Part shown: one piece after another, positions 1 to 13,793 of the stretch
Layout: every line of letters starts with the position of its first letter
Numbering within the stretch: position 1 is the first letter of the stretch
Source: Cycas panzhihuaensis
Lineage: Eukaryota > Plantae > Cycadophyta
Reading direction: 5' to 3'
NCBI GenBank assembly: GCA_023213395.1
Contig: CM041465.1
Location: 119,481,741 to 119,545,740, forward strand
DNA length: 64,000 nt
The notes under the pieces: generated by a model
Seen by the model: the letters and a program-made list of their open reading frames with translations, nothing else
What the model was told of the DNA's origin: nothing
The model's database searches: none
Position numbers and translations under genes: made by a program

Positions 1-2629
1 TATTATTACATTAAAAAATAAAACTTGAGTCTTTAAAAGTATGCTAGATCAAAACCTGCTACTTTAGAATATCTGAGCTATCAATATCCATATGAAGTAA
101 AGTCCATCTCCTAGAATACATGGGTTGCTAGCCACTATAATCTCCAATTAATTAGGAACTTCCTTTATGTATGTGAATTAATCAGTGTTAGTAAGAGTAG
201 TTGTAAAGTGATCCCATCCCTTGCTTATATGGGAATGTAAGCAATCTTCAAGTGAAAAATATACAAATGGTAAGAGTAGCTTCTAAAAGTATATCCTACT
301 TCTTGCTAAATAAGACTATCACTTCTTGGACATCTAATGGCTAGAAATACAATAGGCTCTATGGCCTTATATTTGCCTCAATGGGCCAAAAAAACTAGTA
401 ATAAAAATTAATACATGACTTAAATGGATAGATGTGACTTAAATTGTTACATGAATGATCTCTCTCATATAATAAAGCTCAAAATTCAATGGGTTCTTAA
501 GAGCCAAAAAATTAAAGTTTGGTACATGTTATCCCCCGTATTTGGGGTATATTACATTAGAAAATAGTATGGAACCTTAAGAATTGCATGTAAATACCTA
601 AAGAGGCTGAGAAAATAAAGAAATATGAAGATTTGATGAAAACTTTAAACTTTAAGCTAAAAAATTTGCACTAAAACAACTCCAAAAATCATCAAGTAAC
701 CTGCCAATAGAAAGATCTCTCTATTATGAGTTCAATACAATATATGGGACTAAAAAAGGAGCACCCTAGCTCAAGATATTATTAAAATTGTGAGGGATAC
801 TCAATAAAAGCTAAAAATAGGGGACTAGCCCCTTTCACTAGCTAACTACTAGTCGGGTAACATCTCCATATGACTAGGGGCTATGCGAGTAAGGGGCTAG
901 GTGAACTTGAAAAGGTTATACAATCTAATTTTAGCTAATTTTAAATATACAAAAAAATATTAACCATAAAAAATATTGACGTCTGCCAAATTAAAATATG
1001 TCAAAAAATTGAAATCTTTAATAAAAGAAGATTAACCTTAAAATATTTAGGGTTCTGCCATTTCTTTGATCTATGTGGCCATATGAATATTATAAGACGT
1101 TGCCATTATAATAGGGCTGCCATGGTTAGTACAAGATGTAGAGACAAGTAGATTGTTGGTGCCACCAATGAAGAGAGAGCATGTAGATATAAATAACCAG
1201 AGATAGATGAAGCAACTAAAGATGTAGTATTTGCATTATGATGTAGATCTAGCCATGGTTTCACTCACAAGTAGATGTAAAAAATGATTAAAGACCTTAA
1301 GAAATCACTTCACATTCAATTAAAGGGCACTCAGAGAAAGGGACATCTATAAAGGTGCAAGTCCAGATTCACAGTCCTATACACATTATTCACTAGGCTC
1401 ATTAAGTAGATGAAAGAACAACCGAAAAGACCATCTAAAATGCCCCTATTGCCTATTAAATGATTCATCTACGTGAGAGCACAAAGCAACATAATGATAC
1501 TAATAGGATCCACTAGCTATTGAATATATTACATTACTTGTTTCAGAACCTTCTTCTGAATAACCATTCTTGCATTTCCATAAAATTTATGCCTCACATA
1601 CCCTAGGCTATGAAAACCCTTCATCACTAAAAGATCAGTCGATTTTATTGATACAGATAATACAAATGATGAAGCACCTACATCTGATAGCCCAAAAAAT
1701 AGTAGAGTGCCCTACATCTAAAAGGCCCACATCTTGATATGAAAGTTAGCCTATATGGATCGACAATAAGCTAAGAAGGACTAGCCAAAGCAAATTGTAA
1801 ATTTTACCTCTTATAAACAGTGTTAGTAATCCTCTAGTTAAGGCTATTGGCAATAAATAGAGCCTAGCTCAAGTGTAGATTTTCCATAAAGAACATATAG
1901 TCATGAGGAACATCTTCAATTTATTGCTATGCAAAACTTTAAACAATAGGATGCTCCCATGTTAAGGACTGAGGTATCTCATGGAGTTGGCCAATATCAT
2001 AGAGAGGACATGAAACAACACCAAGTACCAACAAATCTGGCAACCCTCTCTCTCTCTCTCTTTTTTTTTCATTCATAAAATATAGGCCAAATATTGAAGG
2101 GCATACATAATTTTTTTTTATTTTTATTTTTACATGAAAGTAATACAAACACATCCTCATAGAAAACTATAAAATTTTCAAAATATGGAGTCATTTTTGA
2201 CTTTCAGATAGCCAAGAAAAGGCTCACTCAATTGTTGTTAACAACTCCATTGCAATCTGCCCACTGGCATACAAAGAGATTACTTCACACCAACTGTATA
2301 TGCACATAAAACTCCTCCTTGTTGAAAGTAGACACACTGATTCTATAGGGTGATCAAGCCTATATAAATAGCTAATTTGCAACAACTTCAAAACACCTTC
2401 AATAGCCTCAAAAAATATAAACAATAAAACTTTTAATAACTCTTAATAACCTCTTAATAATATCAAAGCACAACCCCTTGAAATGACTGATCATTGACAA
2501 AAATAGCCCCAAATACCTTTAAAAGTAGGTCATAATATATGTGCAATATATGTTCCTAAAAAGAATAACAAGAATGAAGGATAACATGTACTAAAGGTTT
2601 ACAATAATGCCCTTAAGGATTAAACCTTG

Positions 2630-2945
2630 GGCTCTAATACCATATTAAAATTAGAAATGCAATATACATAATATATAATGGTGAGTAAAAGATAAAATAA
2701 TAGAGTACAAAAAAGATGAAGTATGTACATATATAAATACCATATATGGAAAATTGGCTAAACCTCAAATAAGAGAAAATAAAAGAGTGCATACTTATAG
2801 TACATGCTCACCATTGGTGAGAGAACCTCATTGGTCAACTTAGAGGTGGCACACATCTCTAGGTGGCCTACAACCTCTAATATAAAAATATAAATAAATA
2901 GAGAGAGAAATTACATACAGGTAATTTATGTAATTAGGTATTACA
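2630..2945 (-). mobile_element. Degraded LTR-retrotransposon 5' end: tRNA-Met-type PBS plus short putative LTR
   Basis: GGCTCTAATACCA at 2630-2642 reads TGGTATTAGAGCC on the minus strand (canonical TGGTATCAGAGCC). An AT-rich LTR-like block follows and ends ...TATTACA at about 2945. No partner LTR or TSD found. Confidence 0.4.
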
Positions 2946-3994
2946 CCTATCATTAGATATGTCATATATATTTAGTTTATACTCATGATGGAATGTGCAA
3001 CTAGTTCATACTCATCATAGAGTGTTCACCCCTCATGAGAATGTGATGGGGACTACTATACTTAAGCTTTTTAATAAGTGGATTTTCATAACTATAGTTT
3101 ATTCTCATTATAGAGATAGTAATGCCCCTAAGTATAGGTCTCGGGGGAGCAACAAGTTTATACTTATTAGAGAATATTGATACCTACAACTTATAATGAC
3201 ATGGCTATGAGCGATAGTGATGGAGGATATGAGATATAAGCAAGCTAAATTTTACATTTTAACTATGTGGGATGTATTAGATAGAAATTGAAGATAATTG
3301 AGATAATAAAGATAAGGCAGTAGCTAAAAGGGGTGTAGGTGGTTAGAGTATATTTAATAAATATGTATGAGATAGTATATTATAATTTGTGAATTGTAGA
3401 ACAAAATAATGGAACCATAATAAAATTATAGAGCATCACCTATGGCACCTATGATAATTATGTACTTAGGTATATTATTAGTTACTCAAGGGATGAAAAA
3501 ACTCCAATGCTAGCTAGGACATTTCTCAATTAGCCATGGATAATCCAAGTGGTAGTGAATGGCCTTATGTTTCCCCAGCTCCTCCTATTAGTGTGAATAT
3601 CCAATGCCATGTGAGAAAGGGGTAGTTACTTAGAGATAAATTAATGAATATAGAGATAGTGTCTAAATCAATCTACAAGGATATGTCTTAGAAAGGATAG
3701 TTTAGATTTGATTATAAAACCATAAAGGGAGTGGGCTCCATGGTTTGATTTTCTCACTAGGACTACACATTCTAAAACTAATCAATTTGAACCTCTTAGA
3801 ATACTGGACAAGTTTCAATCATAACTAAAGCCACAATAGGTCCACACAACTAGATTTGAAGATCCTGGATGATGTACATGACTCAATCCAAACTACATAA
3901 TTGTAAGTGGAGACAACATCGACACATGACTTGCCCTAGATACCAAGATGTAAAAGTCTATATACATATGTATAATTCTTATTTTTATTTAGCT

Positions 3995-4000
<6 letters not shown>

Positions 4001-4036
<36 letters not shown>
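4001..4036. repeat. (CT)n microsatellite
   Basis: About 18 CT units visible directly. Confidence 0.95.
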
Positions 4037-4040
<4 letters not shown>

Positions 4041-6236
4041 GTTTTTTTTTTCTTTTAGGAGGGCATTACTCCATATGATGATTTAGATGAGGGTCACAAT
4101 GAACTAAGCATTATTAAATCTATTTTTTGGATGATGCACTTCATTTGGCCTCATACTTTCCCTAATGTCTAAGTTGACTACAAATGACACGCAATGTTCA
4201 TCAAGATATGGTGGGTATTGGGAGTAGCTAGTTTTGAAAGGTATGATAGTGATTAGCATACCAATGGGGCATTAAACATTATAAACTTATAATGAGAGTA
4301 TTCTTTGGTGAATTGTGGGCAGTGAATAGACTGAGACCAAGTCTTTTAAGGATGAATTGTGGCTAGTGAAAGGTACATTTGATTAGGATGTCTTTGGGTA
4401 TTTAGAGGATGAGGGACATTAATCAACAATCCTTAGGGTAGGAACCAAAATAGGCTTAGGAAACTTATTACAACAAAGATTATGTAATGCACACAAATAA
4501 GGGGTGTAAATAGAGTGGTGGCAATGTAAAACTAAGATTATTCATGGATGTGTGAGAATCGATACTAGCTCAATCATAAAGAGAATCAACTTGGAAAGGA
4601 AGGAATGTTACCAACTCTTAGATACAAGTTTAATAGGAAAGAAGATAATCTTAAATAAGGTAAATTAACCAAAAAGGTACATGATTATTGACCAATAAGA
4701 ATGTGAACTTATTTAAGATGTAACTCAATTAGATAATGAGGAATGCAATGTAGATGGAGAAGGTAGCTCTCTAAATCCACGATTATGCACCATCTTGCTA
4801 AACAAAGCTTGGGTGAAAGAGGTTTTAGCAAGGCTAAAAGGAAAAGGAGGAAACAAAAAGAAATGATATACACTTTTTTTTATCTTTTTGTGAATTTATG
4901 ATTTTTAGGAATTTTAAATGGATTGATATGTACACATAGTTTATACTCAAATTTTGAGTAAGAGAAGCTCTAAAGAGGAGAATAAAAATATGTAAGAAAT
5001 AAGAGTGACATCTCTAAAACTGGGAGAGAGTAACTGGAAATTAATAAGTATCCCATCCCTAAGAGTTTGGGGTTAGTTTATTTATCTAGTAACTGAGACC
5101 ACTTGAAAAAACAATCAACACTAATCCCTTAGGAATGTAAATCTAAATTGCATCAACCCCTTAGAGGAAGATTTATATATAACCTAACAAACATGTATAA
5201 AAAGGTATTTATTATTATTGGTTGATCCCAATTGACTAATATTTATACTGTGCTTCTTAAAGGAAGGATAACTACTCATCAAACATATTAGAGAACCTAT
5301 TTGGTAAGCGAACAATCCCCTGACACATGTTAGATTCTCCCTTGACTATTTCCAAGTGTAGGAGGCTTTTATGAACCTATACCTAGCCAAGGCCCTCCTT
5401 GGCTCTTAATTCTCATAAAGATTTTTCTTTTAGGTACCTTCTTCCATTCTTAAGTTTATAACACATGAATCTATCTCATTGCTAATTTCTATTTCAAAGC
5501 TTCCATCATCTCATACCCATAGAAGGATATGAGGATCTCATACCCCCAAGCATGGGGCTTGGGCAAGGGGTAGGGGGGGATGTAGTTTAAGCTCATTATA
5601 GAGCATATATAGTTTAACCTCATTTTAGATTTGAAATCACTTGGCCCTTTTAAGTATAATACTTTTTGCAAGTACTACAAATTAATAAATTTTTAAAATT
5701 TAAGACCTTTGAGGGTGGCTAGGTAGTAAGCTCCATTGTTTAAATCTTTAATCACTAAGTAGGGACTAACCCACTTAGGATTGAACCTATAGTATTTATC
5801 ATGGACATATTCTAGCTTAAACACTTTCTTACCTACATAGAACTTACTACACCTAAGATACTTGTCATGAGTTGCTTGGGTTATACTTTTAGAAGCTAAG
5901 TTTTTCTAATATACCTCAAGTTGAGCCTCATCTATCTTTTCAAGTTCTAATAACCTAGTCTACCTTAACTATTCTTTGTTAATGAAATGTTTGAGTGAGA
6001 TTTAGAGGGAGGGAATCTCTACCTCCAAAGGAATAATAACTTTGGTACCATAGACTAAAGAAAATAGGGTCATCCTCATTACATTTTATATAGAAGTATG
6101 GTATACCCATAAGGCAGGAAAAAGTTGGATATACCAATCTAAATGGCAAGTAGCCATTGTTTTAGCCAAAATCTAAGCTAATATTTTGTTAAAGACTTCA
6201 ATCTAGATATTAGCTTATGGGTAGCATGAGGATGAA

Positions 6237-8472
6237 TGTAACAATGCAATAAAGATCCTACAAGGTATGGTTAAGTAATTGGTATGTATTACCATTTTAT
6301 TGTTTTATTTGTTTAGATAATTCTGGCATATAGTACTTGAGAATATCTTTGAGTTTAATTTATAATCAAAAGATTATAACAAGATTTATGTGATATGATA
6401 ATTTAGCCCTCAACTTATGGCATTAGAATACCTATAGGGCCAAGGTTGAATATGAAATGAGTTAATTGGATATAACACCATGCCAATAGGTCATAGAACT
6501 ACCTACTATAATAAGCTAATGTTGGTGATTTTGATATAACCATTCCTATTTTTTTGGGAAAATAAAACCAAGGTTTCTAATATAGAGATAAAGTAACTAA
6601 CCCTTTTTAGCATGGCTTAGTTAAGTGTTATGGTTATACTTGGAGAAAAAGCCAACCCTTCTAAATTAAAAAGTACATTAGTTCTAAATCCTTTAACCAT
6701 TTATTAGTATAAGGGTTTATGGTTCCTAATTAAATATTTTCAACTTCTTGACTATAATCTTTATTGAGTAGTTAATCTCACCATCTCAATTTGTCTTTAA
6801 CATGTTTTAGCACTTATCTCAATTAGTGACAAGCCTAATATCATATATATAGGAGCAAATTATACCTATAACAATAATACCTATGCCTCTTTCATGAGTT
6901 CCATGACATTTTTGCTTGTTCCTACATAGACTTGTTTATCATCAACCCTAGTACTAAGTTACATAATGTTGTCACTTGACCATACACATAAAGGATGAAG
7001 TCTAAAAACTAATACGTAGTTAAGGTTATCCTTGTTATATACCATACAAATTCCCTTGCATGGGGGAAAGTAATATGGCATGAGGCTCAAGGGATGTGAT
7101 TACTTTATTATGGTTTATGCACTAATAATTGAGTTTGTGAGCATGTGAAATAAAGAGACTTGGAACCAAAGGGGAGATAAAATGAAAGGGTAATATAATT
7201 ACAAGGATAGGAGTTGTTGAGAGGAGATATATATGGTTGTAGAGAAGAGGAGGCAAGGAGAGCAGTGATAGAGGTGACTCATTTAGCTCCTATATAGGCT
7301 ATTATATACCTGATGGACTAACTCATGAGGGTACCTCAAGCATCTTGCATAATCCTCAAGGTTGTGGCTCCATAGTCATGCATTTCCATGGCTCAATTAT
7401 TGGGTAAGCCACATATTATTAACATGGCATAATGTTCTTATAAGACATCCATTAAGGTTATATTCAAGCATAACCTTACATCTATTAAACAGAAAGAGTT
7501 TGAAGGAAATGTATCCTCTTCTCTTAGTTAATATTATTTTCACTAGTAGTGATCTAGTTTGGATAGATGAGTACAAATTTGAATTTGTATATATTTGATT
7601 TTTATAGTTTATAAGTAGTTGTATTTTATATTCTTTCGTGTTCTTAACTTTCATGTTCTTAACATGGCATTTTATATGAATGCTACAAATATGGTTTGTG
7701 AAATAGTAAAAATTATACTAAGGCCTTCAATGTGGTATTTATTTTAGCTCATGATGCACTTCTTATTAATTGGGGTTTTATACTTCCATGCTTTAGATAA
7801 GGGATCTGCTAAATAATGAATTGCCAATATAATTGGCATCTATATATGATAGTTAAAAATACCTCATATTTATATAAGCCTTTTGTTTTGAGATGACATT
7901 CAACTAAAAATGTTTGGTGACTAATTATAGTTCAAGTTTTAAAAAGGCCTACTTATTTCATCTTTTATATGCTTAAGATATGACATAGCATAATTTTAAG
8001 AACAAGTTTTCCTACATAGTGAAGCTATAATAGAACATAATACAACAAGTAACATCCATTGATGAAACAAGCATGCATACCTTTCTTCTATAAAATGTAC
8101 ATTTGATACACTCATATTACAATTGTTGGGTAATATTACTTATTATTTGGGTGCATGTATGCATGTGTAGTAGCTCTGCAATATGTATGTTATGACTATT
8201 AGTATGATGAGGATTATTGACCTAGCAAACATCCTTGGGAATGGTAATAACCTGATGAGCACATTTTTAGTCTCTCTAATATTGGCTTTTCTTAGATCAA
8301 GTTAGCTATCCCATAAATTATTATATATTAAGGGTTAATACAACTTTAACTACATGTAATGATAAGGTGGGCTATTACAATTATCATTAATTCCTCTAAT
8401 AATGGGATTTAGTTAGGACAAACTAACTATATTTTGATTTGACTATGGTTACTAGCTAGTAGGTATGTCACA
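6237..8472 (-). mobile_element. Solo-LTR-like insertion (~2.24 kb) in the integrase of the old Tat element
   Basis: Termini TGTAACA...TGTCACA, flanked by ATGAA/ATGAT (4/5 TSD). Removing it restores INT HRISSSCYP*AN. A minus-strand CTATATA followed by a CT-rich tract lies near 7295-7240. No coding domains recognised. Confidence 0.75.
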
Positions 8473-8871
8473 ATGATATCCTATGATTGATATGGAACTT
8501 GTTGTATAACTCATTAATGTGGGTGTTATAAAATAGGGTTATATTGTCTATGAAGATGATGTCGGGGATCTCAAATCTACAAATAATGTATTAGAATATG
8601 AAAGTGGAAATCACCTTCTTAATTATAGTGCTTAACAAAATAGACTCACTCCATCTTATGATATACTCTATGGTGGTTAGGATGAACTTACGACTACTAG
8701 ATGATGGAAGATATATTTTTTCAATGAGGTCAAAAATCCATTGGAAAAATAATCACTATGAGAGGATGAATCTCAATGAAGTGGTAGACTAATGAGTCAA
8801 GGAGGAGCACACTTGGTGCCTCTTATATTTTTGTATATAAATATGCACATCTTTAAATAGAGTAGGCTAGT

Positions 8872-9287
8872 TGTTATATAACTCATCTTGCTAAGTTATA
8901 TAAAGCATTAACAAGTAAAAATATATCACAAGGTTAAATGATAAGGTTAGTTATGAAACTATATGTGTTGGCCACTAAGCTATCTAATGAAATATAAGGT
9001 TGCTAAGCTATGAAATAAAATGTAAGGTTGCTTAGGCCACTAATAGGATTACTTAGTAAAGACTCACTTTATCTATTTAAGGGTCGTGAATTGTAGAAGA
9101 TGGTTAACTTGATATTTTCTCTTTTTGTAAGAATTATACTATAATACTCTCTTTTGGTGATAAATTAATGCTCTTGTGCTTTTGAGTCCCTTTTAGTAAT
9201 CTATTTGTCATTGTTGGTTAGATAAAGTAATTATGAATTTCTATTTTTTGCCATTTTGAAGAAAGCTTGTTAAGAAGAAACATCCCA
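8872..9287 (+). repeat. 5' LTR (416 bp) of the chromovirus-type element
   Basis: Starts TGTTAT after TSD CTAGT and ends CATCCCA just before the PBS. 9039-9287 aligns with 31006-31254. Confidence 0.85.
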
Positions 9288-9289
9288 AG

Positions 9290-9305
9290 TGGTATCAAAG
9301 TGAGG
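9290..9305 (+). promoter_or_regulatory. Primer binding site, tRNA-iMet type
   Basis: TGGTATCAAAGTGAGG two bases after the LTR end. Confidence 0.8.
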
Positions 9306-10499
9306 CCTAATAACCTATGCAATAGCTAGAAGTAAGAGAAAAAAGAGACTCTTTTTCTCCCCTTAGTAACTCTCATAAACCCTCTCTTTAATTTTGATTT
9401 CTGTTGTTTTAGTTCTATTAAAGAGTAAATAACACTGCTTGGTAGCTACCCTTTCCATTCCATCCCACTCCTCTTTGAGTTCTTAGATAGATAACTCTAC
9501 ATGGTAGCTATCTTCCAAAAGTAGAGACCCTATTATAAGGGTCTTGAAATATCATGAAGGATCTTTTATTTTAGAGTAAGCGTACTGTGGTTTTTCTACC
9601 CTTACGTGAAAGACTTCAGTTAACTTCATTGAACCAAGCCTTAGATAGAACTTATATATAGAATTAAGTCTTTGTATACCTTTAGGTATATAGGAGGTCC
9701 CCTTATAAGATTCCCCTTTCTTGCCTAGAATAGGTAACCCTTTGGTTGTTTGTCCTCTTGTTACATGGGTTAGTAGTTAGCACCTGGAAGTTACTTTGTA
9801 CAAGTACTTCTACATAGTTGTAGACCTTATATAGATAGTCATTCCTTTATAGGTAGTGCCCTAAGATATTGGGACAAGCTACAAAATTGATAGAGAAGTT
9901 TATCATAGGGATCATATATCTAAGTAATCGCAATATTAGAGTTTGGTAGTTATTATTTGATTTGAAAGCACTCTTGCATAGTTTGTTACTTTGCTGCTAT
10001 TCATTTATTCTTGATACCACAACCCTAGAAAGAGAAGGTGATAACTTTATTAATACTTACTAGAATCTAAATTAACCATTATAATTGATGGTAAAAAAAA
10101 AAAAACACTACTAAAATTCATACATCTTATTTTGATTAGCATGTCATACTAATCATCTTATACTAGGTTAGTTTCTATAGTCAATTTTAAGGTTAGTAGC
10201 ACCTGGGTTATCAGTGGGCCATGTCACTCAAATTTCATCCATAAAACTCACCTACCTTATTTTGATGAATTTTTTGCACTCATTCAAGTGGGTTAGGTGT
10301 CATTCTTATGTAAAATTTAGGGTCAATAAGTTATAGACACCCTACAAATCCTCCCTTTCCCCTCCCCTTCTTTTTCCTATCTATCTTTATAATATCTCCC
10401 TATTTCTTAAATCTTGTTCTCTCTTACTCTTTCCTATTTCATATATTTCTATTTCTTTCTACTTATACCTTTTCTTTAAACCCTTTTTACATTCGTCAT

Positions 10500-13400
10500 G
10501 GCTCCCTAAAGTCAAAGTGACAAAATTTTGGCACTCAAGAATTAGGTGACCAACTTTTAGTAGGAATTCAAATAAGAAATAACCATTATGCATGAGAAAG
10601 TTAAAGAAGAAATAGCTACTATACATCAAGATATTAAATTAGATATGTCAACGCTTATATCTAGGTCAGATATGAAAAATATATTGTAGCAGATAATGCT
10701 TATCTCTACTAATCTACTAATCCCATTAACTTTGCTCAGCCCCACAATACATCAAATGATAACTCTGCCTCCATGTCAGTAGTAACTATTTCACTATAAG
10801 ATCATAATCCCTGCATTTGATCTTAACCCCAACAAGGATAGTACATGAAGGTAGATTAGTAAATTAGAGTTATGCTTTACCCTCAACTCGATGACAATCA
10901 ATGATTAACTTATATTTGCATCTATCCATTTAGATAAAAAGGTGTATTGTTAGTTCTAATGATGAAAATGGGAATACCCTTCTAGTCAATCTTGGGCCCA
11001 TTTCTCTACCGGCTTCTTCACGTAATATGAGGATACCTGGAACTAATCCTTCTTTACCTAGGTAATATGGTTAAAATAAGTATTATCTATTGAAGTGTAC
11101 ATAGATAAGTTTTAATCTTTACATAATCGAGTTGATTAATAACTCAATAAATAAATAAAGATAGATACATATGTATCCATGCTTAAAGAGTGCATCTAAA
11201 TGCATCTTAAGATTGCGGAATTCACCTTAGAAAGGCCCACTCCATTTAAACAAGATTCCACTTGGTTTCAATGATCATGGACAAGCTAATTATCAATGGG
11301 ATACCATCTGGTCTCAAAGATTACACCTAATAGACTACCAACAATCATGGCCATAACTAGAAGACCCTCAATCTTTATCTACTAAGTACCATTCAGAGGA
11401 ACCATGATTAAAATTCATTCACATCACTTTAGTAGAGGCACAATACAGTTAGGAAGCTAGTCTCTGTATATAATACTTAGAAAAGTAGACCCTTAGTTAT
11501 GGTAGAGTTTGTAAAGCCAAGAAGATGATGTTTATAATCAACCCTAACTTATCTCTAGAAGATGATCCTAATTCTGATCATGAATATAATAAAGACCCCC
11601 AAGATCTCCCTACTAAAGAGCTACCCCTTCATCCTAAACTTGAAGTTTCTTTATCTATTGTAACCTAGACCTTATATCCTAAGCCACTTTATGTTAAAGG
11701 AATATTTCAGAAAACCCCCATCACCATTCTAATCGATGGTGGTGTATCAGTAAACTTCATTGACATATCCATCACCAAACAATCTAATCTTTATATAGAA
11801 CCCAAGATGGGCTTCATCTATTCCCTACCTAGTCATCACACTCTTCATTACATAAGGATGACTGAAAACCTCACTATTCATATTAGCTCTTATATCCTAG
11901 TCTCTAATTTTTATACTTTGTCCATAGATGGGTAAGATATAATTCTTGGTGTATAGTGGCTCTAAATATTAAGAATCTATAACACCAACAATACACCTAT
12001 AGCCCCATTCATCATGTTCAAAGTTCATATAAGCTACTCACATAAACTCTATAGGATGCAATCCCCCCCAAACAAAATGATCTCACCTACTAGAATGCAT
12101 AGATAACTCAATTGCAATGTGGGGTACATTATCTGTCTCAATAATATCTAGGCTCTTATAGTTATTCACCCTAATATCTAGCAAGTATTAGATCAATACC
12201 AGTTAGTATATGCCTCACTACCCACTAGCCCCCCACCTGACTAATGCTATTATCATACTATTGAGTTACTAGTTCACATGACTCCATCAGTCTTCAACCA
12301 TATAGGAATTCATATTTAAAAATAATGAAGTTGAAAAAATCACTAAGGAATTAATGGACATTAGCATTATTTAACCTAAGAAGAGCCTATATACTATACT
12401 CATCATGTTAATTCATTAAAAGGATGGCTTATTTTGACTTTATATCAACTATCATAAGTTAAGCAAAATAACCATAAAAAATAACTTTCTTATGCCATAG
12501 ACTAACGACATGTTAGATTAGATCCATGGTAATGAGGTCTTTATCAATCTTGATCTATAGTTAGGATATTGCTAGGTCCCCATCCTATCAAAAGATAAAC
12601 ACAAAAATGGCCTTTCAAACTCACCATGGCCATTTCAAGTTTCAAGTCATGTCATTTGGCTTGTGTAATGCTCCAACTACCTTGTAGACCCTAATGAATA
12701 AAATATTCTCTCCATACTTACAAAAAATTGTCATGATGTTTTTTGATGATATCCTTATCTATAGCTCAAACATACCTGCTCATATATCTCATTTGGAAAT
12801 AATTCTCCAAATCTTCATTGAGAATGAGTTATATGCTAAATTCTCTAAATACGTGTTTGGAAAAAATGAATTATAATACCTTGGCCATATTATATCATCT
12901 ATAAGGGTTCAGGTAGATCATAATAAAATTTTAGTCATCACCAATTAGCCAACCCCCAAAACCCTTACCTAATTGCGATCCTTCTTAGGACTTACTAGAT
13001 TCTATTGATAGTTCTTCTAAAATTATTCTACCTTGACCACCCCTTTAACCCACTTGCTTAGGAAAGATTCCTTCTAATGGTCTCCCTTTTCCAACAAAGC
13101 ATTCATCCACTTTAAGGAGGTCATGACAACCATCTTAGTTTTAGCCTCGATAAACTTTACTCGCCTATTCCAACTAGAATGCCATGCATTTAGATTCAGA
13201 TTAGGTGCCATCTTAATATAGAAATTCTACCTAATAGCTTTTGAAAGTAGGAAACTCAAGGAATATGAGTGAAAACTTTCCACCTACTAAAGGAAATATA
13301 GGAAATCCTCCATGCTTTTGAAAAATGGTGACAACCATCATAACCTTGTTACCTATTAGACCAACTAGTCCTCTTAGAAGAACATGCTAAATGGCTTAAT

Positions 13401-13793
13401 CATCTTCAACTTTTTGACTTTATAATCACTTATAAAAAGGAAAAAGATAATATTATAGTAGGCACTCTTTCTTGCTTACCATTCCTTGTATCTAATGAGA
13501 CCACTCATTATCTTGAGGATCCTACCCTTCACACCATCTCTACCTCATAACTAATATGGATACAAGAATTGGCCTTAGATAACCAATTCCAACTAGACTT
13601 TTCATAATGGACTAATAAGGTTCATACATAAAAGGATTGGTCCATCTATAACACTCTCTTATTACACCAAAACCACATCTTTCTACATCCTAAATCAACT
13701 TATATTTCTAAGATTTTATTGAAATATTACTCTTCTGCATTAGGTGGTTATTTAAGATTCAATAAGACATATCACAAGACCCATTCAGACTTC
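10500..13793 (+). pseudogene. Chromovirus gag-pol pseudogene, 5' part (gag, PR, RT, RH, start of INT zinc finger)
   Basis: Many stops and frameshifts. Motifs IDGGVSVNF, MSFGLCNAPTT, FDDILIYS, YLGHIISS, IAFESRKL, GGYLRFNKTY..DF. Start is approximate. Confidence 0.8.

Noticed and set aside
819-900. Inverted repeats CTAGCCCCTT (825-834) / AAGGGGCTAG (891-900)
   Set aside because: Real but short, with no TSD, in unassigned degraded repeat DNA; not enough to call a MITE.
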